Shown piece by piece: positions 1 through 11,708 of a stretch of DNA of 20,000 nt (its first letter is position 1; each line of letters begins with the position of its first letter). The stretch comes from Paramecium tetraurelia (taxonomy: Eukaryota), in the NCBI GenBank assembly GCA_000165425.1, contig CT868029.1, positions 235,170 through 255,169 of the forward strand, given 5' to 3'. The notes beneath the pieces are model-generated. The model was not told the DNA's origin and did no database searches. It saw nothing but the letters and a program-made list of their open reading frames with translations. A program made the translations under genes and the position numbers.

Positions 1-1271
1 AAATATTGATATTTTATATTAACGGATGAAGGAACATAAGGATGGAATTTATTAAGGAGGATTAAATGCAAAATAACAAAAACATGGGCTAGGGATATAC
101 TTATGGGATGTTGGTTCTGCTTATTATGGAGAGTGGAAAAACGATTTGATTGATGGATAGGGAATCTTATTTTTAGGGGGATAGATCATCATCTAAGGAG
201 GTTTCAAAAAAGGAGTTGTTCATGGGCAAATTGTAATCAAGGTTGGGACTAGAGTGTTCTATAGTTAATTCGACAAAGGAGAGGCTATATTCATTTAGGA
301 AGGAGAGAGAAAAATCACAATACAATCATCAAGTGCTTAGATAACTCATGATTGTACGAATGATGCTGATCGTGTATTACAGGCAATAAGTAAACTTCAA
401 TAAGGAGACTTATAAATATAGCTGTTTAATCATTGTATCTACTACGGAAATGTTGGGAAGGCAAATCTGCCAAATGGTTTGGGAATTGAGATTTCCAATT
501 TATTTTATTAATGTGGATAATTCATTGATGGGAAATTGAATGGTTTGGGTAGGTTAGATTAATAAGATGAGATTTATCAAGGCTAATTCCAAAAAGGATT
601 ATATCAAGGAAATGGGATGATGGTATTCAAGGATTAACGAATTCAATGGGTGAAAGGGAAATACCATTAAGGGCAATTGGTGGAGATCAAGAGTAGTGGT
701 TATTTGGAATAAATGGAAACTCCGCAAGAATTAGTTTGTAAATCATCATTATATCTTTATTAGTTAAATATTGTACGAAAGTAACTTAGCAATACATAGT
801 AACTCCAATTTCAAAGGAAATTATAATCGGATATATTAGGTTATTTGAAGTGATGCAATTCGTTAGGCTTCGTGTAAACACTTTAAATGAAATCAAATAC
901 TAATAATAGCCCCCTTTGAGGAAATATAGTACTAATACAAATAATCTAAGTAAATCTGTGGAGGAAATCAGGAAACTGTAATGTTAATTTAACACATAAA
1001 GTCTTGATTAACAAAATTAGATTTATGAGGTCATTTTGGATTAGCATGATGAGGATTAGACTTATAGAAAAACTGATACTCAGTAATCAAGAACTAAAAC
1101 TTAACCTACAGAGGAATATTTTGAAAATAAGATTTCATTTGGTTTATTAGAGATTCCAAGTTTAAAAAATTCGAGAAAAACAGCAGTTTAGTAAAATGAG
1201 GAATATAAATTATAAATCAAGAAAAATAATGATTATAATTAGTAGAGATCATAATCATAATTTGAAATTAA

Positions 1272-1327
<56 letters not shown>

Positions 1328-2202
1328 CTAATGATCGTATCTTAACTTTAAAGAATATTTTAGAAGCTTAATAATAAAAATATAATTCAGATTGCAAATA
1401 AAAGAAAACAGTTTTTAATGATATCTAATCAACTACTGCATAAAGAACTAAATCAATTATACTATAAAATAATAAAAACTTATAATGCTTAAGTGAAGTT
1501 GTTTAAAAAGAGATAAATAGATCTTCCCCTAGTGAGGAACGTAGATCTACAATCAAGCCTCTTTATGTATAGAATGAAGAGAATGAATAACAATATTTAA
1601 GTTCTCAAAAAACTTTACCAAGCAAATTCAGCGTGGATTATCCCAATTCTTATAGCGATAATAAAAATAGAAATAACAGTTTACTTAATAAATTCAACAG
1701 CATTAAAATTAAACCAAATATAAAATAAGAAACATAAAATTTTGGATTTTCAACAAAATCACTGAGTTTAAAATAATCTATTCAAAAAGTGTAAGAGGCA
1801 AATGATTTACCATTAGGAAACATCTAAAACCGTATCTCTTTAGTTTCGCATAACAATACTGTTAAAGAAAGGAATTTACAAACATCATTCGAAAAATAAT
1901 AATCAAAAAAAATGGATGACTCTAATTACAATTCATGTAATGGTAACTGTACTTAAATCTAACAAGAGGATCCAAATACTAAGTATATCTAAGAAATCAG
2001 GTAAGAATTGGCAGAATAAAAACAAATGCTAACTTAACTATTCTAATCTCTCTAATAAAAGTAGCCTCAAATTAATAAATAATACATTAAACGATTACCT
2101 CAAACTCCTCAAAGGAGTATTCAAATGTAATAACAACCTAAATAAGTGTATGTTTATCCAACGTTTACACTTGTTAAATAAGTATCTCCAGTGAGACTGT
2201 GA
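1..2202 (+). CDS. MORN-repeat protein with long low-complexity Gln/Asn-rich C-terminus; start probably upstream of the window
   Basis: Table 6 translation, frame +2 then +1: GIYQGGLNAKQQKHGLGIYLWDVGSAYYGEWKNDLIDGQGIL...FYQCGQFIDGKLNGLGRL..EIYQGQFQKGLYQGNG matches the MORN consensus YxGxWxxGxxHGxG. One intron at 738-763 (26 nt, GTA..TAG); stop TGA at 2200-2202. Confidence 0.85.
1273..1326 (+). repeat. TAG(TAA)17 microsatellite encoding an in-frame 18-residue poly-Gln tract
   Basis: Perfect (TAA)17 at 1276-1326 preceded by TAG, in frame with exon 2 of the MORN gene (...FEIK-Q18-TNDR...). Confidence 0.9.
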
Positions 2203-2261
2203 TTAACACTTTCATTTTATAACCATATTTATTATAATTCTACTTTTATTAATTTTATTAA

Positions 2262-3225
2262 ATGTCAATCACTGCCTCTACATGCCAATAAATTAGTCAA
2301 TCACCTCTCAATCTAAGTACAGCCAAACAACTCTGGTCTTTCCCAAAAAGTAGTCGCTTTGGCAAATTAGAAAATCCAAACAAGTAATTTTGTCTTTAAT
2401 CAATAGTTGTGCAGTTGCTTTTTATGATCTCCCAGATCAAAAGGAAAAGAGATCTGCAGGCGTAGGATACTCAACAAAGTAAAATTACTTTATTAATATT
2501 CTAGATATGATTTTACAAAAAATGGACCTAAGACTCCTGCTCCTGATACCTATAGGATAGTTGGAGAATTGGATAACAATAAATCAAAGAATCGTGGCTT
2601 CCCCTTTGGAGTAAGTAGAGATGTAAAACGAAATTGTTATTTCTAGAAAATGTGGTAAAGTGGAATTATGGGTGGTTTGAATAAAGTAACTCCAGGACCA
2701 GGGAAGTATGAGAGTCAATCAACTCTCAGTTAAACAAGATATACGATGAGACCAAAAAATTAATAAGATATCATGATTCTCACTAAAAATGTTCCAGGTT
2801 TACATTTTTTATATACCAGGACCGGGAGCTTATAACTCTGTTTAAGGAATAGATTCTAAAGGAAAATATCCAATTTCTAAATTTTCCAATAGTTGTGCCA
2901 CTCTTTTTAATCCTCCCAGATCTAAGAGATTTGATAATAAATAATGTAAATGAAAAATTCTATTAATTATAGACAGTAACGATGTTCCAGGACCAGGAAA
3001 TTATAAATTAGACAATATAGGAATTCAAAAGGTATCTTGTAAACTTCATCCTAATAGACTGGATTCTATCCTATATCTAATTTGCATTCTAGTAAATGTA
3101 GAAGTTTTCCTCACGATATCCGAAAGACTTACTCGGTATCCAGTATGCAAACTCCTGGACCTGGTTAATATAGACTACCTTCAGATTTTGGATACTACGA
3201 ATCAAAATCAGTATCTAGAAGTTGA
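2262..3225 (+). CDS. SHIPPO-repeat (sperm-tail PG-rich, ODF3/STPG-like) protein, about 271 aa, likely ciliary or microtubule-associated
   Basis: Repeated motifs TPAPDTY, TPGPGKY, VPGPGAY, VPGPGNY, TPGPGQY. Introns at 2384-2406, 2479-2504, 2623-2646, 2798-2819, 2946-2972, 3032-3057. ATG 2262, TGA 3223-3225. Confidence 0.9.
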
Positions 3226-3532
3226 TTATAAAATTTAATTTTGCACAATTATTAAGTGACTTTTTAGGTTAATTTTTAATTATTGTTACTGTTCAACATA
3301 ATTTTGAATATAATTCATATTATATAATAATGAAAATTAGATAATGTTAATAAAATACCTAGATTTTATCAGTTAAAATGTTGTGTATTTAAAATATGAA
3401 ATAATATTTATAAAATGAATAAATTGTGTGATATATTTCTATTTATAGTTTAAATTGTTATTCACTAAATAAGAATTATCAATTCATATTGTTATATACT
3501 AATAAATGAATAGAATAAGAATACTAAATGTA

Positions 3533-4916
3533 TCATAATATCTCATCATCTAAATTGTTGGGTCTATATAGTTTTCTTTCAAAACTGTCCAACATGTTGT
3601 TTACAACCTACAAATCATTTTGATCATTAATTGATTATTCATTTGTAAGATTTCTATTGCATTTGATCTGAATTCTTTTTTTTGGAATCATCGATTACTT
3701 GGTTCTTACAAAATGAATGGAAGTTTCCTTGAGTAAAGTACTATTGACTTTGAGGGTTTTGCTGAAATTACTTTCTGCTTATTCAACTGCCTATGCTAAT
3801 AACAAGCCTTTAAATTCAGTTCTATCAAGAGGATGCTTATGAGAAAGAGTAGATACCGATTTTGATTTTTAGCTTTGAATAATTATAATATTTAATACCT
3901 GTTAAGTATAAAAATGGGAGTGGTTTAATCTTGAGGAGGATTGTTACGTTGTTCATTTTTAGCAGTTTATCCAACATTGAAGGAAATGGAATTAAAGTCC
4001 TAATAATAATGATAGTTATTACACTTCCAACTGTATATGGTCTGCTAGTTTGATTGCATTAAGCAGAATTGATAATTTAGTTTTGCAATTATTGAAGAGT
4101 TTAGGACTGCTATTGATTTTCTAATTGTTGCAAAGTGGACTCGATAACATCTTTTGGTGGTCTGGAATTGGTTTAAGCAGTAGTCACTCTTTACATACTT
4201 AACCTAGAAGGGAGTATTCCACTTCTTTATTCAATTTCAAGATTGGTCATTCTTCTGCGAGTATTGGATTATTTTATGTGAACCATATTTTACAACCTCA
4301 ATTCTTCTTTGATTTATTCAATTTCCAAATCCTTTTATATTTTTTCACTAATTGCTTTGACTCCTTGTTCTTCCATTTGCAATATCTTGGGGTTGATTAG
4401 CAAATTAACATATTTTTAGGATTGTTAATTCAATTTGTTCCAGAGATGGTCTGGTCGACCCAGTAATGCTGTTCTTGAAAGAATTGGTTTGACCGAAATG
4501 GAGTCTACCTAGACGTCATTGCGTTATGAACATAAGTTTTATAGACTGCCTCTTTCTAATTTTCTTTGTTGCAATCGCATGAGATCCTCTTCTCTTGCCA
4601 TGTTATAGTATATTATTTTATTGCGTTGTAACTCTTATTTCTCTTTGTATTCAATTTCTTGCAATTTCTTTATTCTCTTCTCACCTTTGTCGTGTTGTTC
4701 TTTTAATTATTTGAATACCTTTGCATTTGATTTGGCTTGATGTGGATTGTTCCAAATGTGGGTGTTATCATTATAATAGTCATGTGTTTTCTTTTGAGGC
4801 TCATTAGGAGGAACTGTTTGATATCTACATTAAGAAAGTCAATACTCTGGCAATTTGGTCTGCAAATAGTATTTATCAATCTCTTTTTTTGGATAGGAGG
4901 GATGATTAGTTATCAT
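3533..4916 (-). CDS. Hypothetical protein, about 437 aa, Gln/Lys/Glu-rich with probable coiled-coil segments
   Basis: ATG at 4916 (MITNHPSYPKKEIDKYYLQTKLP...), open in table 6 after removing introns 4825-4845, 4000-4022 and 3873-3898; ends ...RPNNLDDEIL-TGA. The last intron (AAG acceptor) is less certain. Confidence 0.75.
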
Positions 4917-5133
4917 TTATAAATAATAATCAAATTTACAAAATCATAAATATTCCCAACTAGTTTAACAATTTTTGAATCATATATATTTTTAGAATAA
5001 ACTAAATTAATTCGATTATAAATCAATTTCATTTAAGAGATAATTTCTAAATCTTTTTTTGTTTTAAGTTTTTTATAACACTAAAAACTTTAATTTTAAT
5101 AAATTTTTTCAAAATACCCAAACTCAGAAATAA

Positions 5134-5903
5134 ATGGAACAACCATAATTACTGCTTTCAACTAAAAATAACTTTTTGGATTTGCAAGCACAAGTTAATT
5201 AATAAATCAAGAATCATTGTCATCAATTGAAATTGATTGATTAGAGCAATGAAAAAGTCATAGAAAAACTCTTAAAACAATAAGAAAAACTTTAAATGCT
5301 CGTGAGTAAATTGGATTACTATCAGATCTAACCCTAAGTCAGTTACCTGGATCTAATTCTGAAACACCAGTACAAATACGAATTGAAGTTATCTGAAGAT
5401 TTAGAATTGCCATGCTACAGAAATCGAATATTCTCAATACGATTCAATCTCATGTATCAAGACTAAATATGCATTAATTAAAACAAAATCATTGTAGAGT
5501 TGGAGATGTATGATAATATAATAAATTCTAAGTTGGACTTACGATGAATTACCAAAAAAGGTATCGCACAATAATCAAGGGGAATCAATTTATAAAGGCT
5601 GTTAACAAGCTTTTATTAAAGAAGGATAAGGAAGACTCAACAAAATTCAGATTAAAGAAGTGTCCTCACATTTTCCAAGAGGGTAATTCGTGTTGATAAT
5701 TGTACCAGTAAATGATCATGGAGTAATTGGGAATTAAAAGTAAATCTTTTAATGTTAATTAAAATAGATTAGGTGAGATCAAAAAAGAATGGATCAAGCC
5801 ATTAGTCTTAAATGAATTTGTCGTTAAGGCAAAAAGATTTTCCAATCGACATGTTCCTTATTATATTCGCAAGGATGGAACTGTTAACATGAAACCAATC
5901 TGA
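5134..5903 (+). CDS. Hypothetical protein, about 238 aa: N-terminal coiled coil plus a beta-rich domain with KIQIKEVSSHF motif (possible CudA/STAT-like DNA-binding fold)
   Basis: ATG 5134; introns 5508-5532 and 5740-5767; TGA 5901-5903. Contains GRLNKIQIKEVSSHFPRGQFVLIIVP...WIKPLVLNEFVVKAKRF. The gene is well supported; the family call is from memory of the motif only. Confidence 0.75.
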
Positions 5904-6010
5904 TTTATTATGCAATAATTTACATTTATTTAAATTAAAGCTCTAGCAAGATTAATTCAATGAGAATATTTATAAATAAGTATTATATCTTCAAATCATT
6001 AACCTCTTTT

Positions 6011-6562
6011 TCATTATTTTTATTCGTTTAAGATTTTTTACCCAATTTCCCTCAGTCTTCGAGCAGCAAATTTGTATACATCATTTATCCCAATTTTTTA
6101 TTAGAGTATTTCTGCGAAAATCACCATGAAAATCTTTTCTAATCCCGTTTATTTCAAATATTCTTTTAGTCTTTCAGAATCAATTTAGGTTTCATTCTGG
6201 CTTTTAATGATTTAAATACTCAAAACCCCAACGACAATTTGTTCATGTATTATCTTAATTTCATTAATTTGTTTAGTAAATAAAGTTTCTAATAACTGAT
6301 TCGAAAAACCTAATTATTTACCATCATTAAGCAATAAGATCTATAGAATTTAATCTTGTGCATCATAATTTAGTTTATAGATCTATCTGTCTTCAATATT
6401 TTCAATTGTTGTTACTTATTTCATTTCATTTTGGTTAGATACAATCGCTAATTATATTTGAATATTCTGTTCATCTAGCAAATTCAATTTAACCTATCTC
6501 AATTAGATCTCTATTTGATCCTACTTAATTAGATTTTCAGAAGTGCCAATTTCATTTATCAT
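6011..6562 (-). CDS. Intronless hypothetical protein, 183 aa: possible degenerate C2-like beta domain plus C-terminal RIIa/Dpy-30-like docking helices
   Basis: Continuous table 6 ORF of 552 nt from ATG 6562 to TGA 6011; C-terminus ERLKEYLKQTGLEKIFMVIFAEILQQKIGINDVYKFAARRLREIG. Confidence 0.75.
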
Positions 6563-6596
6563 AAATATTATTGTTATTATAATGTAATTGTTTTTT

Positions 6597-7933
6597 TCAA
6601 TATTTTCTAGGTGGTTCTTTAGTAGTAACAATCTTAGGGGCTAACACTTAAGTAACAGGTTTGACCAACTCTTTAGATTAGATGAACTATTTATTTTAAG
6701 AGGTAGTTCTCTTTTTCTCAACTGATAACTATTGTGACACTTTGCTAGTCTGCTATTGTGGTCTTCTTTGTCCCGATTGTTACTGTGTAGTGGAATTAAG
6801 ATGATGACTATTGGTGTTTCCAATCTTCTTATCAGACTCAATGCCATTTGGTTTGATGCCTTGTTACTATTATTGCTGTTATTGTAATGGCTAAGTCATG
6901 ATCATCAATTTATTTTCAGATTGGATATCTTATTATGTTTTTACAAGGGATTCATCCTTGATCCATTCAAATTTGTAGTCCCAATCAAAACCGATCTTCT
7001 TAAATGCATCCTTAAATACTCATAATTTGTACTTTAAAAAGACCTCTCAAATAATTATAATCTGGTTTGTCCTCAAACTTCAAATTCTTACAGTAATTTA
7101 GATATTGACTCATTTCAATTGGAAATCCTTTACAAAGTGCATCTGGAGAGGTTTCAAGTTTCTTTTCCATAATTCTTTAATACTTATCCTTTTGATTATT
7201 AGCTTTCATGTTTTGCCAAGGCAATTGCCCTCTGAGCAAATACATAAGCACATATCCCAATGATTCTAGATCGTCTCTCCTTGATTATTCCAAACCTAAA
7301 TGAGTGTTTACAGAAGCATATCGAGCAGTTCCGGTTAAGCTCTTGCCTTCTCTATAAGGAATGTGACCCTCCTTAGTTAAATATCTCTTGGCCAAACCAA
7401 AATCAAGAATGTAGACGCGAGTAGCCTTCTTACCTAAACCAATTAGAAAGTTGTCTGGTTTGATATCACGATGGAGGAACTGTTTCGTATGTATGTATTC
7501 AATCCGTTAAATCATTTGATCAGCCAACATCATCACCTAAATCATAGATGGTAGTAATTACAGTCTTGAGGGATAGTCTTTTGTTATTTTTGCTGAATAA
7601 TTCTTCCAAACTTTAGCCCAGTAAATCCATGACGATGTAATTATAATCACCGTCTTAGCCTTAAGCATATATTCTAGGAATTCCTGGCTTTGAGTTAATA
7701 ATTCAAATACCTTTATCACTAGGATCAGATCCTTGCAAGTAGTTGTACAACTTTGCCTCAAAAAATATTTATGGATGTTTCGTATCACTTCTTTCAAGTT
7801 TCATGGCATATTCCTCTTTCCCTTTAGCCACCAAATATATTTCTCCAAAAGCCCCACTCCCAATTCGTTTTACTAATTTATAAACCTTTCCAATCACTTG
7901 ATTTGTGAGATCCTTGCCAATTGGTGTGTCCAT
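6597..7933 (-). CDS. CK1: Casein kinase 1 family Ser/Thr kinase, about 420 aa, with Gln-rich C-terminal tail
   Basis: [69 protein letters not shown] are diagnostic CK1 motifs. Introns 7684-7710, 7537-7561, 7011-7032. Confidence 0.97.
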
Positions 7934-8277
7934 TTCTTAATATAAATATTAAATAACTTATAAAAATTTAATTTTACTAAGACCCCTTAAGAAAATATCT
8001 TTCCTGTTCTTTCACAGTCTCCACACTCTCATTACAAATAATTTTATAATTAGAAACCAATTTTATGGATATTCTGATATTCCCATCTATTTTTGAAAAC
8101 CTCAGATAAGTAGTATCGAATTAAATTTTCTAAAATCAAGGACAACGATTGGAGAGCATTTTTCTAATACTGAACATCTTCTATTATAATTTCTACATTA
8201 AGATTTTAAATTAGCAATTATTCGATATAATAATTTTATGTTTGCATTAGAATTTAAAAATATATATTAAACAGTTA

Positions 8278-9969
8278 ATGGATAAATCTGTTTTATTGGA
8301 AATGCAACTTAGGGAAGCACTAGATAGGGAGACGAATCTAAAAAAACTAAATGAGTCATTAATGAAAGCTATGGGAGATATATCTAACCATGACAAAGGA
8401 AAAGAAATACAATTATTAAATTAACTACATGAGTAAGAAATTTCCAAATTGAAGACTTTTCTTAATGAAAGGATTACTATTTTAGAATATGAAGTAAGTT
8501 TATACTTCTATTTAGTATCGAAACAAATGCTAAGAATTCAGTAAATTAGAAAAAAATTACAATCAATTGATTCAAGATTATGAAGAATTAGAGAGGAAGG
8601 AAAAGTATCAATAATTATTAATTTATTACAGAAAATGCTATTAATGCACTGACTTTTAACTATAAATTACTTAAATTCTAAAATAAAATGAAATTTAGAA
8701 AGAAGGATTGGCCAGAGAATTTTCAGAAGCATTAAGCAATCAAAAGTCAATTCTGGAATATGTAAGCATAACCACCTATTCTAAGGATTCCAATTGTCTT
8801 AAATTAAAACTTAAATAAGTTACCTTTGAATTAGATTAGGAAATTAAAGAAAAAGAAAAGTAATAAAAGCATATCCAAGAGTTGAGTTAATCACATGAAT
8901 AAGCAGTAATTCTTAAAAATAAATTAGTAAAGAAGCTTATTGTAATAAGTTGCAGATCTCAACAGAGTACATAACGAAACTATCATACAAAATAATTAGT
9001 ATCAAATCTCAAGCTAAGCAAGAGAACAATTATAAGCATAAAAAATTTGTTAATTGGAATAGGATAAAATAATTTTGGAAAAGAACATCTAAGAATACAA
9101 GTAATCAGTAATCCTATCATTTTTAGAGAATAAAATGCTAAATTGGAAAACCAACTTAAATAGCTTGATCTACTATTAAAGGAGAAGGAAAATAAATTAA
9201 TTGAATAAAAAACTGAATTATCAAAAAAATTAGTAAATGAAAAGAAAATTACAGAACAATGTTAAGCAGTAGCTTTGAAATTAAAAAATGATTTTTAAAG
9301 GAAATAATCAATACTTATTGAAGAATCATTAAAAAAAGAATAGCAATTAAAATCTGTATAAACTTAATTGACCAGATAAAAGAGCAAAAATAAATATTAT
9401 GAAAATGCGCTTAGTTAAGTTAATTTATTGGAGGTCAAAAATTCAACGCCTAAATAAATTAAACATAAAAAAAATAATTTCTCGAACGACTTTCATAATT
9501 CACATCAACCTGGACACACCAAGGTAATGTTAAATTGATTTCTAGAATGCTCTAAGTTAGGGTCATGTCAATAAAATTAAATTATTGCCATCTTCAATAT
9601 AAAAAAGTGAAGCAGATTCTATACATTTTAATTTAACTGATATGCTAAATTCTACAAGAAATCCAGATCAATAAAATCTATCATGTAGATAATCAAATGA
9701 AGACATTGGATCTCACATAGAATAATTTAATTGTGCAGCCAAATTTGTAATTCCACTTTATTATTCCTATTAGGTTTAAACCAATGAGGACTCAGTAATT
9801 CCAATTTAGTAATTGACAGATAGACAATTATCCCCAAGAACAAGAAGTATTTTGCTATTAATTATATTCATTAGTTTAAACAGTCAATCCGAAAGGACCC
9901 CCTTAAAGAATAAGATAAATTCATGCGGATTTATATAAAGAAAACCTTGTTCTAAGACCTAAAGCATGA
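8278..9969 (+). CDS. Coiled-coil hypothetical protein, about 497 aa
   Basis: ATG 8278 (MDKSVLLEMQLREALDRETNLKKLNESLMKAM...), heptad-like E/K/Q/L composition. Introns 8494-8515, 8906-8927, 9101-9126, 9524-9545, 9847-9874 are needed for frame; 8605-8631, 8762-8785, 9747-9773 are in-frame candidates. TGA 9967-9969. Confidence 0.85.
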
Positions 9970-10039
9970 AAATTATATAATATTTGAATTTAACTATTTT
10001 AGACTTATATTTCTCCTTGTATTTCCATGCTCAATAAAG

Positions 10040-10593
10040 TCAAAATTATTTATTATTTAAAAGTATTTGACCTCTCAAATTTTTAAGTTTAAAATATAAA
10101 AATGCATCATCTTAAAGAACTGATCGTGGATTTTGTTCTATGTTGATATCATTCTGGATTTTAATTATAGTTTTGTTCGAAGAAACAACTTAGAATATCT
10201 GATTGAAAAATAATTATGTATTGAATATTATAATTTTATTATCATAGTTGTTGTTATGAATTGGATTCGGATTTAAGCTGAGCCTATTTTGTTTTTCTTA
10301 TTCCCTAAATTTAAATTAGAAATCATACACACACTGCAACATTAACAATAATAATATATTCTATTTTAATTTCCATAACACTGCTTGTGTAATTAAAAAT
10401 TTTGATCACTCTATTAGTAAGTATCTAAATTACACTATATTTATAGAATAATAAATATTACTTTCAGACATACTGGGCATGTGATTTATAATCCCATAAA
10501 AATAACTAACTCGAAATTTTTGAGGCAAGTAGTACAATTTAGAAAGCCTACATTGATTTTACAAGATTAACATATTATGATTTAGTATTTCAT
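10040..10593 (-). CDS. Small Cys-rich zinc-finger-like protein, 3' end uncertain, possibly decaying
   Basis: ATG 10593: MKYQIIICQSCKINVGFLNCTTCLKNFELVIFMGLQITCPVCLK|CNLD...LHKQCYGNQNRIYYYCQCCS, with several CxxC pairs. Intron 10435-10461. The second intron donor is ambiguous (10328 or 10330, acceptor 10305), giving a stop at 10075 or 10040. Confidence 0.55.
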
Positions 10594-10640
10594 AATTTAA
10601 TTTAATAAGTATATAAATAAAACAATTAGATTTAAATATC

Positions 10641-11356
10641 TCAAATATTCTATTAAGATCCTATTTTTATTAATGCTAAAAATAATAAAAAAATAAGTAT
10701 TAAAAATACAACTATAAAGGAAACGGATATATAGTACCTGGAGTTGTTTTTTCCTTTATAAATAAATAGGTTATTTTGAATAATATTAAATAGAATTTTA
10801 AATTATTTTTTATATCCATATCCATTTGAATAGAATAAAAAGCTAATATAAAGATTATATTTAGATATTCTAGAATTAAGTTTCTGAATTCTTAGTTTTT
10901 CATATCTCCAATTATTTTTATTTTATTTTATAAAAATTGCATGTTTGATTATCACATCTATAGAAAATCCCTCTGTAACAGATACAGAGATGAAACCATG
11001 ATTGAAGAAATTTATGTATCTATTTTAACTAAGAATTTGCCATATGGAATGCAAATTAAATTAATGATTTAAAAATACCAGAGTTTGTTATGTATTTAAT
11101 CAAGAATTTAAATGAAATTAAATGCGATCAACTTCTGTTATATGGTAGCTAATTAATTGATTTAATTTTGGTTCTTCCAATTTTCATCTAATCACAAAGT
11201 CTAAAATTGAATCTTCCAAATAATTTATATTCAAATAAATGAAATTTCAGTATAATATATAACAAATTTATACTTTTTTTATGAGATTTCTAAATTTGAT
11301 TATCTGCACTTAAACTATTGATTTAATCATTAGAATTTAATTCATTTTAATTCATA
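10641..11356 (-). pseudogene. Possible decayed gene remnant
   Basis: A minus-strand frame with two internal TGAs (YLEDSILDFVIR*KLEEPKLNQLISYHITEVDRIQFHLNS*) is followed by 152 stop-free, Met-free codons (11099-10644) ending in a hydrophobic run. An ATG near 11356 opens a short ORF in another frame. No family recognised. Confidence 0.3.
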
Positions 11357-11708
11357 ATTTTGATTTTAAAAAGCAATAATTCCTTTATTTATTATATTAT
11401 AAAATCTAAATTAGAAATATCCTTTCACACTTAATTGAATATTTAACAGAAAATTTCTTAGATAATATCATTGTTGCAAAAGCAAATTGATTTTGTAAAT
11501 ATGAATAGTTTAAAATTATATATAACAGATGTTCTATGTTCATAAAATGAAATAAAGCATAGAATTTCAAATTTGATAATTATCTAAAGTGGATTAATCA
11601 AATGATGTACATAATAATAATTAAAAATGAAATTATTAATTATACATGAGCATTAGTTGTTATAGAATATTGCTTTATTGAAAATTATAAGTATGAATAT
11701 TGTAAGTA

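Noticed and set aside
4737..4922. Track ORF resembling a small two-TM protein on the + strand
   Set aside because: It is antisense to the 5' part of the minus-strand gene 3533-4916 and starts at TTG; the hydrophobicity is an antisense artefact of Lys/Asn/Glu codons.
6257..6320. Apparent intron GTAAATAATTAG...TCAG in the 6011-6562 gene
   Set aside because: Splicing it leads to a premature TGA, while the unspliced frame is open to the natural end.
6641..7797. Track ORFs 6641-6847 and 7558-7797
   Set aside because: Both are alternative frames within the CK1 gene; the kinase frame carries the conserved motifs.
1..7933. MORN, SHIPPO, docking-motif and CK1 genes as a ciliary functional cluster
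   Set aside because: These families are large in ciliates and the orientations are mixed; adjacency alone is not evidence of a system.
10971..11057. Two short hairpins (CTCTGTA/TACAGAG and AATTTGC/GCAAATT)
   Set aside because: 7-bp stems are expected by chance in AT-rich DNA, and no snoRNA or tRNA features accompany them.
11100..11190. Two in-frame TGAs as possible selenocysteine or Trp recoding
   Set aside because: No redox motif, no recognisable SECIS, no start codon or family match; decay or chance is simpler.
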